Position numbers and translations under genes: made by a program. The notes beneath the pieces were generated by a model. It did not search any database, was not told the origin of the DNA, and worked only from the letters and a program-made list of their open reading frames with translations. 53,105 nucleotides of DNA from a virus (Duplodnaviria > Caudoviricetes): IMG/VR virus record IMGVR_UViG_3300017548_000002, positions 1-53,105 of that record, one strand, 5' to 3'. Within the stretch, counting starts at the first letter, position 1. Every line of letters begins with the position of its first letter. Of the stretch, positions 52,458 to 53,105 are shown one piece after another.

Positions 52458-53105
52458 ATGGATCGAATCAAAATCGTCGGCGGCAACGAGCTCTCCGGCG
52501 TCATTCCCATTTCGGGCGCCAAGAACGCAGCCCTGCCGCTGATGATCGCGTCCCTGCTGACCGACGAGACGCTGACGCTGGAAAACGTTCCGCATCTGGC
52601 CGACGTAGAGCAGCTCATCCGCATCCTCGGCAATCACGGCGTGGACTATTCCGTCAACGGGCGGCGAGGCGAGCAGTCAGGCCCCTATTCGCGCACCGTG
52701 CACTTCACCGCCGGGGAGATCGTGGACACGACTGCCCCCTATGATCTCGTCTCCAAAATGCGGGCGAGCTTCTGGGTGATCGGACCGCTGGTGGCGCGCA
52801 TGGGCGAGGCCAAGGTGTCGCTGCCGGGCGGCTGCGCCATCGGCACGCGGCCGGTGGACCTTTTCATCGACGGGCTGCGCGCGCTCGGCACAGAGATGGA
52901 GATCGAGAACGGCTATGTGCTGGCGCGGGCTCCCAGGGGCCTGATCGGCACGCGCTACGTGTTTCCGAAGGTGTCCGTCGGCGCGACGCACGTGCTGATG
53001 ATGGCAGCCACGCTCGCGAAGGGCGAGACGGTGCTGGAGAACGCCGCGCGCGAGCCGGAGATCGTCAACCTCGCCGACTGCCTCAACGCGATGGGCGCGA
53101 AGGTC
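52458..53105 (+). CDS. murA: UDP-N-acetylglucosamine 1-carboxyvinyltransferase (3' end outside window; not in ORF track)
   Basis: [56 protein letters not shown]. Confidence 0.97.
   Translation, partial: MDRIKIVGGNELSGVIPISGAKNAALPLMIASLLTDETLTLENVPHLADVEQLIRILGNHGVDYSVNGRRGEQSGPYSRTVHFTAGEIVDTTAPYDLVSKMRASFWVIGPLVARMGEAKVSLPGGCAIGTRPVDLFIDGLRALGTEMEIENGYVLARAPRGLIGTRYVFPKVSVGATHVLMMAATLAKGETVLENAAREPEIVNLADCLNAMGAKV

Overview
This window is from a GC-rich alphaproteobacterial chromosome (Hyphomicrobiales-like, by inference). It is dominated by an apparently complete temperate prophage of about 49.2 kb (2749-51981), bounded by a 46-bp direct repeat. That repeat is the 5' half of tRNA-Thr(GGT), not the usual 3' half. 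The phage has podovirus-type morphogenesis genes: terminase, T7-like portal, scaffold, capsid, tubular tail A/B, three ejection proteins, two tailspikes and an SGNH domain. It also has a holin/SAR-endolysin/spanin lysis cassette, a lambdoid cI/cro switch with TACC-N5-GGTA operators, a DUF1376/helicase/primase replication module, recombination genes and xis/int. Several morons are present: HigBA, a SAM methyltransferase, a DUF2335 pair and an HTH pair. To the left are a decayed second integrase at the tRNA 3' end and the end of an indolepyruvate ferredoxin oxidoreductase gene; to the right is murA. The most notable observations are (i) a ~390-nt, densely structured, probably non-coding RNA at the head of the late operon, upstream of several internal terminators, (ii) 5'-end tRNA integration with a promoter swap, (iii) a C6-tract frameshift linking tailspike 2 to an SGNH esterase, (iv) a 29 x 12-bp combinatorial repeat inside a DUF6745-like gene, and (v) repeated RNA motifs before the capsid gene and in the early operon. 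All family assignments come from motif recognition by eye; no database searches were run.
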